In this document: positions 42,066 through 55,185 of the stretch, one piece after another
Numbering within the stretch: the stretch's first letter is position 1
How the letters are laid out: every line of letters starts with the position of its first letter
Source of the DNA: Octopus sinensis
Taxonomy: Eukaryota
Length of the DNA stretch: 64,000 bases
Direction of reading: 5' to 3'
Assembly: GCF_006345805.1 (NCBI RefSeq)
Contig: NC_043023.1
Coordinates: 16,244,001 to 16,308,000, forward strand
Program-made: the position numbers and the translations under genes
Notes under the pieces: generated by a model
Told to the model about the DNA's origin: nothing
Seen by the model: only the letters and a program-made list of their open reading frames with translations
Databases searched by the model: none

Positions 42066-42112
42066 CATATATATGTATACATGTATATATATACATATAT
42101 ATATATATATAT

Positions 42113-42420
42113 AAAGGGTAAGGGTAAAGACCCCCTTCGGTCATGAATGACCATGAGATTGCACCTAGAAAGTTACCCTCCTAGACACAAGTCCGGGCAA
42201 GGTTGTTTATGGAAGGCCAGCAGTCGCCCATGCATACCAGCCTCCCCTCTCCACGCCACCAGTGTTATCCAAGGGAAAGACAAAGGTCGATACAGCTTGG
42301 CACCCCTGACGTCACAACTCATTTCTACAGCTGAGTGAACTGGAGCAACGTGAAATACAGTGTCTTGCTCGAGAACACAACACGCAGCCCGGTCCGGGAT
42401 TCGAGCTCACAACCTCACAA
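42113..42420 (-). mobile_element. SINE embedded in a microsatellite
   Basis: B-box-like GAGCTCGAATCCC, CORE-like TCGAGCAAGACAC, (TTACCC)-type tail. Confidence 0.65.
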
Positions 42421-42421
42421 C

Positions 42422-42465
<44 letters not shown>

Positions 42466-42494
42466 CATACATATGTATACATGTATATATATAC

Positions 42495-42526
<32 letters not shown>

Positions 42527-42574
42527 CATACATATATATGTATACATGTATATATATACATATATTATATATAC

Positions 42575-42895
<321 letters not shown>

Positions 42896-43264
42896 ATATA
42901 TATATATATGTAATAAATGTATATCTGAACCACACTGTTCCAACATGGCCTGGCAGAAGTGTTCAGGTTTTTTACTTTTACCCAGGAGCAGATAGGTCAA
43001 TTACATCAGACACCATTGTTCAATTATTAATTATTTCATTGATCCCCGAAAGATGGAAGGCAAAGTCGACCTTGGCAGGATATGAACCCAGAATGTAAAG
43101 ACAGATGAAATTCTGATATTTGATGAGATATCCGACCTCTGCGAATTTCTTAAGATCCCCCCACCCTCCACACAAACACATATTTTCTACATTGTGGTTT
43201 TGAGACTTTTTTAATACTGATTAGAGATCAATAACTGTTTTATGTTGTCGAGTAAATCAGAATT

Positions 43265-44935
43265 TGTTGTCTGAAGACATAGAAATAAAATCGAACAAAA
43301 TATTCAGCAAAAACAAAATCCTGGTGTCTGAAATCGAATGAGATATTTCTGTTTCTGAAAGTGAAAGTAATTCAGACAATAACTCAGTGACAAAGAAAAC
43401 GAACTTGTATCTGACTGTAACAAATGTTTGAATACTGTTTAGGAGCGGCTGTGTGGTAAGTAGCTTGTTTACCAACGACATGGTTCCAGGTTCAGTCCCG
43501 CTGCATGGCACCTTGGGCAAGTGTCTTCTACTATAGCCTCGGGACGACCAAAGCTTTGTGAGTGGATTTGGTAGACGGAAACTGAAAGAAGCCCATCGTA
43601 TGTATATATATATATAGGTGTAGGAGCGGCTGTGTGGTAAGTAGCTTGGTTACCAACCACATGGTTCCAGGTTCAGTCCCGCTGCATGGCACCTTGGGCA
43701 AGTGTCTTATACTATAGCCTTGGGACGCCCAAAGCCTTGTGTGTGCATTTGGTAGACGGAAACTGAAAGAAGACCGTTGTATATATGTATATATGTAGGC
43801 GTAGGAGCGGCTGTGTGGTAAGTAGCTTGGTTACCAACCACATGGTTCCGGGTTCAGTCCCACTGCATGGCACCTTGGGCAAGTGTCTTATACTATAGCC
43901 TCGGGACGACCAAAGCCTTGTGAGTGGATTTGGTAGACGGAAACTGAAAGAAGCCTGTTGTATATATGTATATATATATGTGCGTGTGTGTTTGTCCCCC
44001 TAGCATTGCTTGACAACCGATGCTGGTGTGTTTATGTCCCCGTGACTTAGCGGTTCGGTAAAAGGGGACCAATAGAATAAGTACTGGGCTTACAAAGAAT
44101 AAGTCCCAGGGTCGAGTTACTCGATTAAAGGCAGTGCTCCAGCATGGCCGCAGTCAAATGACTGAAACAAGTAAAAAGAGAAAAGAGATTGGACCTAGTC
44201 ACAGTGATTTCCAGGAGACAAAACCATTTGACCTTCTTTTATTTTTCCCTCCTAGTTTGTTGGAAGCGATTACTGTGCAGAACCATTGCTACACAGAATA
44301 TAAGCAATGTGGTAGAAAGGACCATTTCTGGCCACCCACATGCTTAGATGAAATCCAAGCATTTTCTGCTATAAATATATTAATGAGAATAAGCAAGTTA
44401 CCCAGAATAGCAAACGATTGGAGCAGCGAAGAAGCTTTTAGTGACTTTCATGTTTCCAGTATCATGATAGAGACAGGATTTTTAAAACTGTCACAATACC
44501 TACACTGAAGACACTAGTAGTGGGCCAGTAGGTGGAGAACCAAACTGGTCCCTTATTTAAAATAAGACCTTCATCATAATGCTTATAAATGAGTCTCTAA
44601 CCATAAGATACTTTTATCTAGTTTCACTTTCATTTTCAAAGAGTACTCATTTGTTTTTGTTTATATGTTAATATAATAGTTTTAGCCATTTTCTATACTT
44701 TTTATGACTTTAGATGTGTTCTTAAGCAATACTATTACCAAAAACCATATTCTGATATACCCTCATAAATGCCTAGCCATTTATGAGGGTAGGGTGAGGT
44801 ACAAAGACAGAGTATGTTTCCGACAGTACATGCTTGGCAAAATAGCAAATGGCTGATCAAAGTTTGGAAGATCTGTGAAGTCAATTCCTAAACAGGGAAA
44901 ATTGTGGGTTCAATTCCTAAACAGGGAAAAGGGGA
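43265..44935 (+). mobile_element. Decayed piggyBac-family (PGBD4-like) transposase, plus strand
   Basis: Fragments PFDLLLFFPPSLLEAITVQ, DEIQAF..INILM, FLKLSQYLH, PLFKIRP, CFRQYM; interrupted by a SINE. Confidence 0.75.
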
Positions 44936-46166
44936 CACTACTGTAAGCTAAATGGCCCTTAAAACATGCACCAATTTTGTTTCTTTACTTGTATAATCAC
45001 AATCGTACGATTATGCAAAAAAAATATTCCTAAAATATAGAAGTTACGAGAAGTTATATGCTGAGCTTAAAGCAAACTTTTGCCATATTTTCTCTGCAAA
45101 ACTACTTAAAAATGTCTTCCAATGGCTTTATGATAAAATATTAACCCACTGGTGGGGTAGTTCTGTATTTTTTCGTGATTAATGCAGTGGGGTATGGAGA
45201 ACCCCATTAATAGTTTTAGCCATTTTTTTTAGTACTTTTTATGAATTTAGATGTGTTCCTAAGCAATAATATTACCAAAAACTGTATTCTAGAAGCAATG
45301 TTATAAATCCTAATTCATTCCCAGAAAAATATTTTACCTCTAAAATTTATAAAACTTGTAAATAAATGACATCACAGTGTCTCGGTAGAGATAGTGTTAG
45401 TTGAAGGCTGCAAAACCTGCTACACACACAGACAACTTCAGCTTTATATATATAGGTATATCGTGCAATGCCACTCCCTGTAAGAAGCATTTGTGCTAGT
45501 TCATGTAAAAAGCACACATGCTGATCCATGTGGTTATTCAACTTACTCCTTCCCCTGAAATTGCTGGCCTTGTGCCAAAATACTGTCAGATACAATAATG
45601 CCTTGATATATGAGTTAATTTCTTCCTGGAGATTGCTCCTAAAGTGAAAACTCATAAAGCAAAGCAATAATTTCCCATAGAAGCAATGTTATAAATTGTA
45701 ATTCATTGCTAGAAAAATATTTTACCAATAAAATTTATAATACTTGTAAATAAATGACAATAAAACAACAGTAGAATGTAAAGAATATTTTATGTAAAGT
45801 CAAAAACAATGTCAAGATCATTTAGAATAGACAAAAAATATATAATTGTTTTCTGAATCACTCTGAAAAGACTATTTTAAAAGACACTCTGCAAAACTAT
45901 TTTAAAATGTCTTCCAATGGCTTTATGATGAACCATCTAAACCCACTGGTGGGGTAGTTCTGTATTTTTCATCATTGGTGTGGTTGGGGTATGGAGAACC
46001 CCATTAATAGTTTTAGCTTGTTTTTTAGTATTTTCTATGACTTTAGATGTGTTCCTAAGCAATAATATTACCAAAAACCATATTCCGATATAATGTGTTT
46101 AACATGTAAACAAAAACAAGCGAGTACTCTTTGAAAATGAAAGTGAAACTAGATAAAAGTATCTTA
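44604..46166. repeat. Block of direct repeats bounded by a ~68-bp inverted repeat
   Basis: 44604-44671 is the inverse of 46099-46166; ~45090-45290 recurs at ~45885-46090 and partly at 44675-44760. Confidence 0.75.
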
Positions 46167-46189
46167 CGGAGGGGAGAGTGGTCCTTTCA

Positions 46190-49100
46190 TATTCACTGTT
46201 TACTCATTGTTTGCACTCTCATCCTCATCACTCTGAGCAAAGAAGTCGATGCAAATGTGCATCGCATGTTGCAAGCAGATTGGCTTGGAGAACTTTTGGA
46301 AGAAATTTCTTGTTTTGTGATCTTTTGACCTGGGGCACAATGACCATCTTTGTATGAAATCTTCATGATAACATCATCATCATCATCGTTTAGCATCCGC
46401 TTTCCATGCTAGCATGGGTTGGACGGTTCAACTGGGGTCTGGGAAGCCAGAAGGCTGCACCAGAAGGCTGTGCCAGGCCCAGTCTGATCTGGCAGTGTTT
46501 CTATGGCTGGATGCCCTTCCTAACGACAACCACTCCATGAGTGTAGTGGGTGCTTTTTACGTGTCACCGGCACAGGTGCCAGGGGAGGCTGGTAACGGCC
46601 ACGATCGGATGGTGCTTTTTACATGCCATCTTGGAGGTAATTCTTTAGATGCTGAGAAATGTCGAATCTTATTTTCCATGTCTTTCCTCAAATATGGATG
46701 GGTTTTGTCTTGCAATGATGAATTTGGTCCTCCACCAACTTCAGTCCCGATTCCCTCAGAAACTTTCAGACCCTGATAGCTGTTTGAGGGTTTGCCATGA
46801 ACATATTGTATACATTTATTCCTGCAACATTGAGTATGGTGAAGAAAACTGTAAGTGGCCAACATCGAGTATTTCTGGAAACATCGTACATGGAACACAA
46901 TTGATCCACCACGGGGCCTACCCCTCCTTTAGTAATGTTGTAGAAGGTTCTAATCTCTGGTTTTCTTTTTTCTTTCGTACTTACATCAATTGCAGCATCA
47001 TGATGCATTGTACTCCATAGGACGACATTTTTACCTTTCGTGGGAACATATGGGGTCAGTGTAACATCCTTCTGGAAACCAAACAAGCTTGTATATTCAG
47101 TTCTGCCTCTTGTGGCAACAAACTGAGGGGGAAGTTCTATCTTGTTCTTTCTGAAAGGGTCAACAAATGTTAATCTATATTTCTCCAAGAGATTAACTCT
47201 AAATCCATAACTTGTAAACCAATTATCCATGGTAATATTTCTTCCAGACCCTTTTATATGAGACCCCAACCATTTTACCACTGCTGCTGTTGCTGTTGAG
47301 TGTAGCGATCTTCGTCCTTGTGGGAGAAGTCCGAAACGTGGTCCTTTGCTATTCGTAAGACCCGCAGGAGAGAAAGCAGGTCAACCCCCGACACTGAGAG
47401 CATCGACGGATGGATGAATGCGCATCCAGGCTCAGTGGTTGCGTAGGAAGTCGGGGACAAGAAACAGGAAGAAAGAGTGAGAGAAAGTTGGGGCGAAAGA
47501 GTACAACAGGGGTCGCCACTACCCCTTGCTGGAGCCTCATGGAGCTTTAGGTGTTTTTCGCTCAATAAACACATACAACGCCTGGTCTGGAAATCAAAAC
47601 CGCGATCCTCTGACCACGAGTCCGCTGCCCTAACCATTGGACCATTGCGCCTCCACTAGCACTGCTGCTCCTGAATTACCTATAGAAGGGCCTTCTGCTT
47701 GTTTCCCCAAGTAGACCTCCATATATGATGCATAGAAAGTTTTAGCATCGGCCAAAAGAAAAAATTTTTATGCCATATTTTGCTGGTTTAAAATGGATAG
47801 TTCTCTGTAAAGGCAGCCAACATTTCATCTACTGTCGCATACACTGAGACATTATAATTCAAGATACACTTAGCCATAAATTTCTCAAAGGACTTTCTAA
47901 AAGGTGCAATCTTATCCTCTCGCCTCCTTTCAGCTCAGGTGTGGATGTCATCAAACCTCAGAGACCCCAGCGAGAAATGAAACTTCTGCAAATATATAGT
48001 TGCTGGAAAAATTTTAATTCCTGTACCGTCCATTGCCCAAACATCTTCCATATTCGTTCGGTTGCCTGTAAAACTCCCAACAGATAAAGAAGTCCTATTG
48101 TAGCTTTCATCTCCCTTTCATTACTCTTTTACTTGTTTCAGTCATTTGACTGCGGCCATGCTGGAGCACCGCCTTTTAGTCGAGCAAATCGACCCCCAAG
48201 ACTTATTCTTTGTAAGCCTCGTACTTATTCTATCGGTCTCTTTTGCCGAACCGCTAAGTTACGAGGACGTAATCACACCAGCATCGGTTGTCAAGTGATG
48301 TTGGGGGCACAAACACACATATACGACGGGCTTCTTTCAGTTTCCGTCTACCAAATCCACTCACAAGGCTTTGGTTGGCCCGAGGCTATAGTAGAAGACA
48401 CTTGCCCGAGATGCTACGCAGTGGGACTGAACCCAGAACTATGTGGTTGGTAAGCAAGCTACTTACCACACAGCCATTCCTACGCCTACATATATACGAC
48501 GGGCTTCTTTCAGTTTCCGTCTACCAAATCCACTCACAAGGCTTTGGTTGGCCTGAGGCTATAATAGAAGACACTTGCCAAAGATGCCACGCAGTGGGAC
48601 TGAACCCGGAACCATGTGGTTGGTAAGCAAGCTACTTACCACACAGCCACTCCTACGCCTAAGTGTCTCTTTTCACCTATCTTCATATTTTCGTTGTTTA
48701 TTTTCAATGTAGATATTACTGCAAGCTTCGAATTCATTCAGAAGTTCTTGTCTGAGAAACAAAGACCTTTACAGCAGACACAGGTTTTGCTGCTCCTCTT
48801 GGGTCCTGGGGAATCCTGGTAATTGTTCTATGCACGTGTATGCCGTGGAAGGCATGGGGGAATTCCTTTCCGGAAAGTTCCATTATCATCATCATCATCG
48901 TTTAACGTCTGTTTTCCATGCTAGCATGGGTTTGATGGTTCAACTGGGGCCTTGGAAGCCAGGAGGCTGCACCAGGCTCCAGTCTGATCTGGCAGTGTTT
49001 CTATAGCTGGATGCCCTTCCTAATGCCAACCACTCCGTGAGTGTAGTAGGTGCTTTTAATGTGTCACCGGCACAGAAGCCAGTCAAGGCAGCGCTAGCAA

Positions 49101-50250
49101 CGGCCACGATCGGATGGTGCTTTTTACATGCCACCGCCACGGAGGCCAGTCAGGGCGGCGCTGGCTACGGCCACGTTCGGATGGTTCCCTTACATGCCAC
49201 CGGCACTGGTATCAACAGCTACAAATTCCATTGATGTTAATTGATTTTGATTTTGATTTGCCTAAAAAATGTTTTTCTCTGTTCCTGGTAGTCTGCTGTT
49301 CATCTTCATCATCAGCTTCTTCCCTTCCTTCTAAAGAATCATCTGGTGAAGTCTGCAACATGCCATCTGCTTCAGTTCCTCCCTCATCATCTCTTATTTC
49401 TTCCTCAGCTTTACTCTCTTCTTTTGGAAGCAATTTCTTGTCTTACGATCTTTTGACCTGGGGCACAACGAGCATCTTTTTATGGAATCTTCATAACATC
49501 TTGGAGGTACCAGGTTCAATTCTCTTCAGATTCCTCTTCATTTGGTTCTTCGTCAAGAAATGATTCTCATTCTTCTATGTCTAATTCAAGTCTTCAAGTT
49601 TTCTACTATATGGCTCAGAAACCTGGACGTTATCAAAGAAGCTGGAGAGGCAATTGGATGGAACTTCATCATCTGAATAAGATTTTCTAACTATAAAGGG
49701 TATGGCCTGGTCAGCCTGTAATGATATGCATAAGATCTGGTCATCAAATCTAAGTAGAGACTTCAAACTTCAAAGCCACAGTCAAACCAATTCTACTATA
49801 TGGCTCAGAAACCTGGAAGTTATCAAAGAAGCTTGAGAGGTGGTTGGATGGAACCTACACTCGCCTCCTTATGAGAGCTCAAAATCTCAAGTGGAAGCAC
49901 CAACAAACCAAAGTACAAATATATGGGAAACTACCACCTGTATAATCTCTTGTAAAAGGTAGAAGAGTCCAGTTTGCTGGACATTGTTGTAGAGCTGGAA
50001 AAGAGGTAATTTCTACTCTTCTCTGGAAGCCATCTACTCGCAATACCAGAGGGTGCACACTATCCTACCCTGATGTAATCTCCAGGGATACAGGCATCCA
50101 GCAACAGGACCTCCGTAATGCTATGATGGACCGTGAAGTCTGGCGTAGCATGGTAAATTCCATTGTCTTGACCACGGTCAAACAATGATGATGATGATGT
50201 CTAATTCTCTCCCAATTTTGCCATTTGTCTGTCGTAGTTCACTGTGAACC
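46190..50250 (-). mobile_element. Decayed piggyBac transposase, minus strand, with nested SINEs and a LINE fragment
   Basis: LRFDD, TVDEML, KPAKYGIKIF, GSGRNITMDNWFTSY, STMHHD, YNITKGGV...DQLC, RNTRCWP, and C-terminal CPRSKDHKT...KPICLQH cysteine-rich domain; stops and frameshifts. Confidence 0.88.
49588..50197 (+). mobile_element. RTE-clade LINE 3' fragment with (TGA)n tail
   Basis: ILLYGSETWKLSKK...RRVQFAGHC...MMDREVWRS; TSD TGTCTAATTC at 49578-49587 and 50198-50207. Confidence 0.85.
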
Positions 50251-51425
50251 TGAAAGGAAAGATTTCTCAACTTTTATGGCGTTCACAACCATCCAATAAC
50301 AGAAAAAAACGTTGGACACTTGACAATAATTTATAATTTTATGCAAGAAATAATCAGCGTTTCAGATATAAAAATAAATAAACAATTATACAGAAAAGGA
50401 AATAAAATCACAAAAGGTCCTTGACTTGCTTACAGAAAACAACTTCCAGGACAGATTCCTGAAGCAGTAGGAATTCTGGGGCCAGTGTATTACTGTGAAA
50501 GGTGAGTATTTCACAGGAGATGTTGTTAAAACTTTGGTAAATTAGTAATTTTTATGAAACATAGCTTGTCTGAGAACTTTTTGATACCATCTCGTATTTT
50601 TCTTGCAAATTCTGTAAAGAGTTTTTATTTTTTTTAATAAGTAAATATTTTGATTTTGTTTGCTTATTTTTCTGTTGTTTTTATCTTATATAACATGTCT
50701 TTACATGATACACGTATAATACAATACCACATTAAAATACAAATCCTAAACCAAAAGAACACAAACAGGAGGTGCAGCAAGTACCCTTATAGGGATCACC
50801 GAATGCATTCTGTAAGGCGAGGCGCCAACAATGGTAAGAACTTCACTGTGGCAAATGTCACAGGTGGAAGAAATGGGTCACACTTCATTTCCTATTCTTA
50901 AGGATTTTGTTCTCGTTGGCTACGGAAGCAGTGACCCTTTGATTATAATTGAAGATATTTATGCTAAAGCAATGGGTATACATATGCAAATGTACCCCAC
51001 CGACTTTGTTTCTTTTTTCAAAAGTGGACCTTTTCTGTTTGTGTTTTTCCCTTCAGCTCCTTCGGTTTCAAATTTATTGATTTCGAGTTTAGTGTATTGA
51101 TGTAGTTTTGTCTGTTAATTATATAAATGAAATTAGTTGTTGTCCTAAGTTGATAAATATACAGTTAATAGCTTTTAAGATTTTTAAACTTCCAGTAAAA
51201 GACGGAGCAGAGTTTTGGAAAAAATATTGCTAAAATATGGATATAATTTATTTAAAAAAACCAACTATGCCAATGCAGTCAGTGAAAGTCTTATTCTGAT
51301 AAACAGAATTATTTCTTCTTTCCAGACATCAGTTGAACCGTCCAACACATGCTAACATGGAAAGCAGATGCTAAACGATGATGATGATGAAAAGAACACA
51401 AATTGTAGTGTTCTTATACTGATGG

Positions 51426-51559
51426 TTATTTTGTAAAATATTTATAGCCAAAGAAAGCGAGTCCGACAAGGATTGCAGCAAGGATCAGTGAGCCAAAACT
51501 GATTCCGACAATCTCAAGTATACTGTAGGTTTTTGGTTTAGGAGGTTCAGGTTTCGGAT
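51426..51559 (-). CDS. Type I membrane protein, last coding exon (Pro stalk, TM, tail)
   Basis: Acceptor TTGCAG at 51560; (N)PKPEPPKPKTYSILEIVGISFGSLILAAILVGLAFFGYKYFTK*; AATAAA on minus at 51247-51252. Confidence 0.85.
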
Positions 51560-52069
51560 CTGCAATTGACAAACAATAAAATATATACCTTTTGTTTTTA
51601 ATAAAAAAGCTTGACCATTTTCATACTAAACTATTAAAAAATACTTTTGTTTCTATTATACAAATTCCATTTCAAAGTGATCTAAAAGGAAAAGTCCCCA
51701 TCAAAATTTCCAGTAACACTATGTTGCACACATAAGCTTGGTTATATAAAGCCTTGTGAGTGGATTTGGTAGACGGAAACTGAAAGAAGCCCGTCGTATA
51801 TATGATTATATATATGTGTGTTTGTGTGTCTGTTTGTCCTCCCAGTATCGCTTGATAACCGATGCTGGTGTGTCTACGTCCACGTTACTTAGCGGTTCGG
51901 CAAAAGAGAACCGATAGAATAAGTACTAGGCTTACAAAGAATAAATCCTGGGGTCGATTTGCTTGACTTAAAGCGGTGCTCCAGCATGGCCACAGTCAAA
52001 TGACTGAAACAAGTAAAAAGAGAAAGAGAATATAACCCCCCCACACACACACACCTTGGTATTGACCCC

Positions 52070-52645
52070 CTCATCCTTTGCCCTTGTGGCAAATAAAAGA
52101 AACCCTAATATACAACTATCAACTGAGTCCATTGTGAAGATGGCCCCTCTACTTTCCCTCAACCAGGAAGGGTAATCAGTTTTTATCTGCTCGGGGCCCA
52201 TGGCAAAGGGGATATAGTGGACATATAGTGGACATGTCTGAAAGGGCTGAAGACCAGCAATTGCCATTTTGTCAAAACCCTAATAAACTTTTTCAGGTTT
52301 CACTTGAAGAGGAAAATCAGGGTGGAGAGGTAAGTGCTGGCTTCCAAGCAGTTTGTTGAAAGGTGGGTGAGAGGGGTGAGCATTACCTGAGTGAATGGGC
52401 CTTCTCTTAGAGTGTACCTGTATATTGGAGAGGAAAGACCGGGAGAGGGCATCCACCCTGGTGGTCAGGGAGACCATGGATTTTGTGGGCTTTCTTTACG
52501 TGTAGCCCTTGAAAGTGCCCCCACTATCAGGGGTTTTACTTTGAATTTCTTTTATTCATTGTATGACTTTTTACATGCTAAAACCCACACTGGACCCTCC
52601 CGGATGTTTTGCTTTGTGTTAGCCCTCTGTGGTTAATAAAAAAAT
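52070..52645 (+). mobile_element. L1/Tx1-like LINE 3' end, decayed
   Basis: LINFFRFHLKRKIRVER...FVERWV-like C-terminus; ends in AATAAA plus an A-run. Confidence 0.55.
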
Positions 52646-52665
52646 TATTATAAATCATTTCTTAC

Positions 52666-52914
52666 TCTTTATCTCCAAATCAATTCTTCCAATATTAAGG
52701 TTGTCATCTTCGAATTTCCAAGTCGAACATTTCTCAGTTACTTTTCTGATCCAAAGCTTGGAGGTATCTCCACTGTGTGTTACTTTATAGTCAGTGCCGT
52801 TAGCGCATGTCCTGTCACATTCATATTTATAATTGTCGCACTTCCAAACCACCGGTCGTTTCATGTTCGGTATTGTTATCGAAAGGGTGAGGTTTCCATT
52901 GAGCACAGCAGGTC
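52666..52914 (-). CDS. Type I membrane protein, coding exon 3 (atypical Ig-like ectodomain)
   Basis: Acceptor TTTCTTTATTTCAG, donor GTAAGA, 249 nt, phase 1-1; (G)PAVLNGNLTLSITIPNMKRPVVWKCDNYKYECDRTCANGTDYKVTHSGDTSKLWIRKVTEKCSTWKFEDDNLNIGRIDLEIK. Confidence 0.88.
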
Positions 52915-53212
52915 CTGAAATAAAGAAATCAGTTAAGAAGTTTGCTTTTCAATCATACGGTTCTGGGTTCAGTCCCACTGCAGAGCACCTTGGGAAAGTG
53001 TCTTCTACTACAGCATCAGGCTTGTGAGTGGATTTTCTAGATGGAAATTGAAAGAAGCCCATTGTATGTATATGTGTGTGTATGTATATGTGTGTGTATG
53101 TATATGTGTGTGTATATATATACATACACACTTGTGTGTTTCAAAGCCTTGTGAGTGTATTTAATAGATGGAAACTGAAAGAAGCCCATTATATATATGT
53201 ATATATATATGT

Positions 53213-53592
53213 AAATAGAAAATTATTATTTCTAAGTCACTGAACAAGAAACATTCAGTAACATTAATCGAGAGTAAAGATTACTTGCCAACATAATATG
53301 GCAGTCCTAGTTAGGGTGATTGTTACTGTTATCTAGCCCTAGGAAACACTGCCTCCAGTTGGGTATATGACACGCTATCTATGTCCTATGGGATGCTAAA
53401 CTCCCTTGTTTGAAAATATAAGGATGCAGCTAGTGTGTCATATAGCCTGCTGGAGACGATATTTCCTAGGGCTAAGGAACAGTAACAATCGTCCTAACCA
53501 GGACTGAAATATTATGTTGGCAAATAATCTTTACCCTAGAGTACTGTTACTCAATGTCTTTTGTTCAGAGATTTAGAAATAATTTTCTATTT
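53213..53592. repeat. Diverged fold-back inverted repeat, ~170-bp arms (intronic)
   Basis: AATAGAAAATTATT...GCCCTAGGAAA...TATATGACAC versus GTGTCATATA...TTTCCTAGGGC...AATAATTTTCTATT. Confidence 0.75.
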
Positions 53593-53676
53593 GTTAGATC
53601 ATAGACTTTGTGTCACTTTGGAAAGTATATATTTTGGACAAGAGTTTAGTGGAGTCATCTCTAGCTGAGCAGTTAT

Positions 53677-53722
53677 TCTGTGCTGATGAAGGGAAATAAC
53701 CCAGAGACCATTGGTATGCAGA
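53677..53722 (+). ncRNA. Degenerate hammerhead motif
   Basis: TCTGTG-CTGATGA-A-GGG-AAATAA-CCC-A-GAGA-CCATTGG-TA-TGCAGA; GAAA is GAGA. Confidence 0.4.
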
Positions 53723-53939
53723 TAGATGATGTTTCCTAAGACTAAATTTACAGTATCATTCGTCCTAACCAAGACTGCCACATTATGTTGGCAAATATAT
53801 ATATATATATAAGTTCAGCAAAAATTTAGATTCAAATAAATATGGTACTTAATTTAGATGCACCAGAATTTTGTATGGTGTTATCCATAGAAATCCGTGG
53901 GGTGATTATAATGAAAATAAGCAATAAGAATGACTCCGG

Positions 53940-54032
53940 TAATTTGGTACGATCGTTTCGTACTACATCATTTTATTAAATGTTGTAAGTATTACAACAG
54001 TTTTAAAATGCTGAACACTCATCAGCCAATTA
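53940..54032 (-). ncRNA. Type I hammerhead ribozyme motif, sense to the host pre-mRNA
   Basis: TAATTGG-CTGATGA-G[long stem II with TGTTGTAA/TTACAACA]C-GAAA-CGATCG-TA-CCAAATTA; intact core, palindromic helix III. Confidence 0.75.
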
Positions 54033-54293
54033 TAGAGGTTTTCTGTTAATACAAAAATTTTCATATCACGTGGCAACATTATAGAGAAGGTAGATATATA
54101 GACAAAGATGTGGATTTTAATTTTAAGAACGTATGATGTAGTGGAACAACCAAATCTTAGTACCTCATATGTTCTTAAAATTTAAATCCACATCTTTGTC
54201 TATATATCTACCTTCTCTATAATGTTGCCACTTGATTTGATAACTTTTTTATTAATGGAAAACCTCTATAATTGGCTGATGAGTACTCAGCAT
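54008..54293. repeat. Fold-back inverted repeat, ~125-bp arms
   Basis: ATGCTGA..ACTCATCAGCCAATTATAGAGG...AAGAAC versus GTTCTT...CCTCTATAATTGGCTGATGAGT..TCAGCAT. Confidence 0.85.
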
Positions 54294-54409
54294 CTTATAG
54301 AGGGATTAGGCTATTATCAGCTCCCGGAAAAGATTTTAACAGGATACTTTTAGAGATGATGAGGACAGCAGTAAAGAAGAAGCTGGATTTAGGAAGAACT
54401 GTTCATGTG

Positions 54410-54680
54410 GAGATCAAACCGCCACTCTTTGTATCATTGTAGAGCAAAGCGCAGAGTGGAATGCACTCTATCTGCGACAATTTCATCTCAATCGAAGAAG
54501 AGGGGCCTTCTCCGTCCGGGTTGCGGATCCGTGGAATAAGCTGCCGGACGAGATAGTGAAGATGCTGACGACTGCTCGGTTCAAAGTCTCCCTTGACCAC
54601 AAATGGCCTGAACTCTTTGCATGAACACCACCCTGTACATAACTCCATGTCCCCCTAAATGGCATTGCTTTTTGCTTTTT
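54410..54680 (+). mobile_element. CR1-like LINE 3' fragment
   Basis: RRGAFSVRVADPWNKLPDEIV...FKVSLD motif. Confidence 0.65.
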
Positions 54681-54726
54681 GACCCCAAAAATTATCTTAA
54701 CTTAACCTAAGTTAAGAATTTTTAAC

Positions 54727-55170
54727 ATGAACGTAAAAGTGGTGTTCTTGTATGGGGCTGAGACATGGCGAACAACAGTCAAGTCAAATAAGCAAATACA
54801 ACCATTCATCAACAGATGCTTGCGTAGTATACTTAAAATTAGATGGTCCCAACACATAAGCAATATGGAGCTATGGCAAAGAACAAATCAAGTTTCGATT
54901 AGGGAGCAAATATTTAAGAAAAAGTGAAAGTGGATTGGTGGACGAATTAGAAAAGACACACCAAACGTAGCAAAAAGTGTTTAAAGTGGAAACCGGTTGG
55001 ATGTAAAAAGAAAGGTAGGCCTAAGAACTCGTGGCAGAGATCAACAAAAAACGAACTAGAGAAAGGGGGACATTCCTGGCAGAGTATAAGTACAGAAGTG
55101 AAAAATTATGCAACATGGAATTCAATTATGAGTGGCCTATACTCCGTGTTTGAGGGTTAAAGGCAGGAAA
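54727..55170 (+). mobile_element. RTE-like LINE 3' fragment
   Basis: FLYGAETWRTT...FINRCLRSILKIRW..HISNMELWQRT...KWIG. Confidence 0.8.
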
Positions 55171-55185
55171 GAAGAATATATTTAC

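Noticed and set aside
46766-47281. 171-aa piggyBac ORF as a domesticated gene
   Set aside because: The rest of the transposase has stops, frameshifts and several nested insertions.
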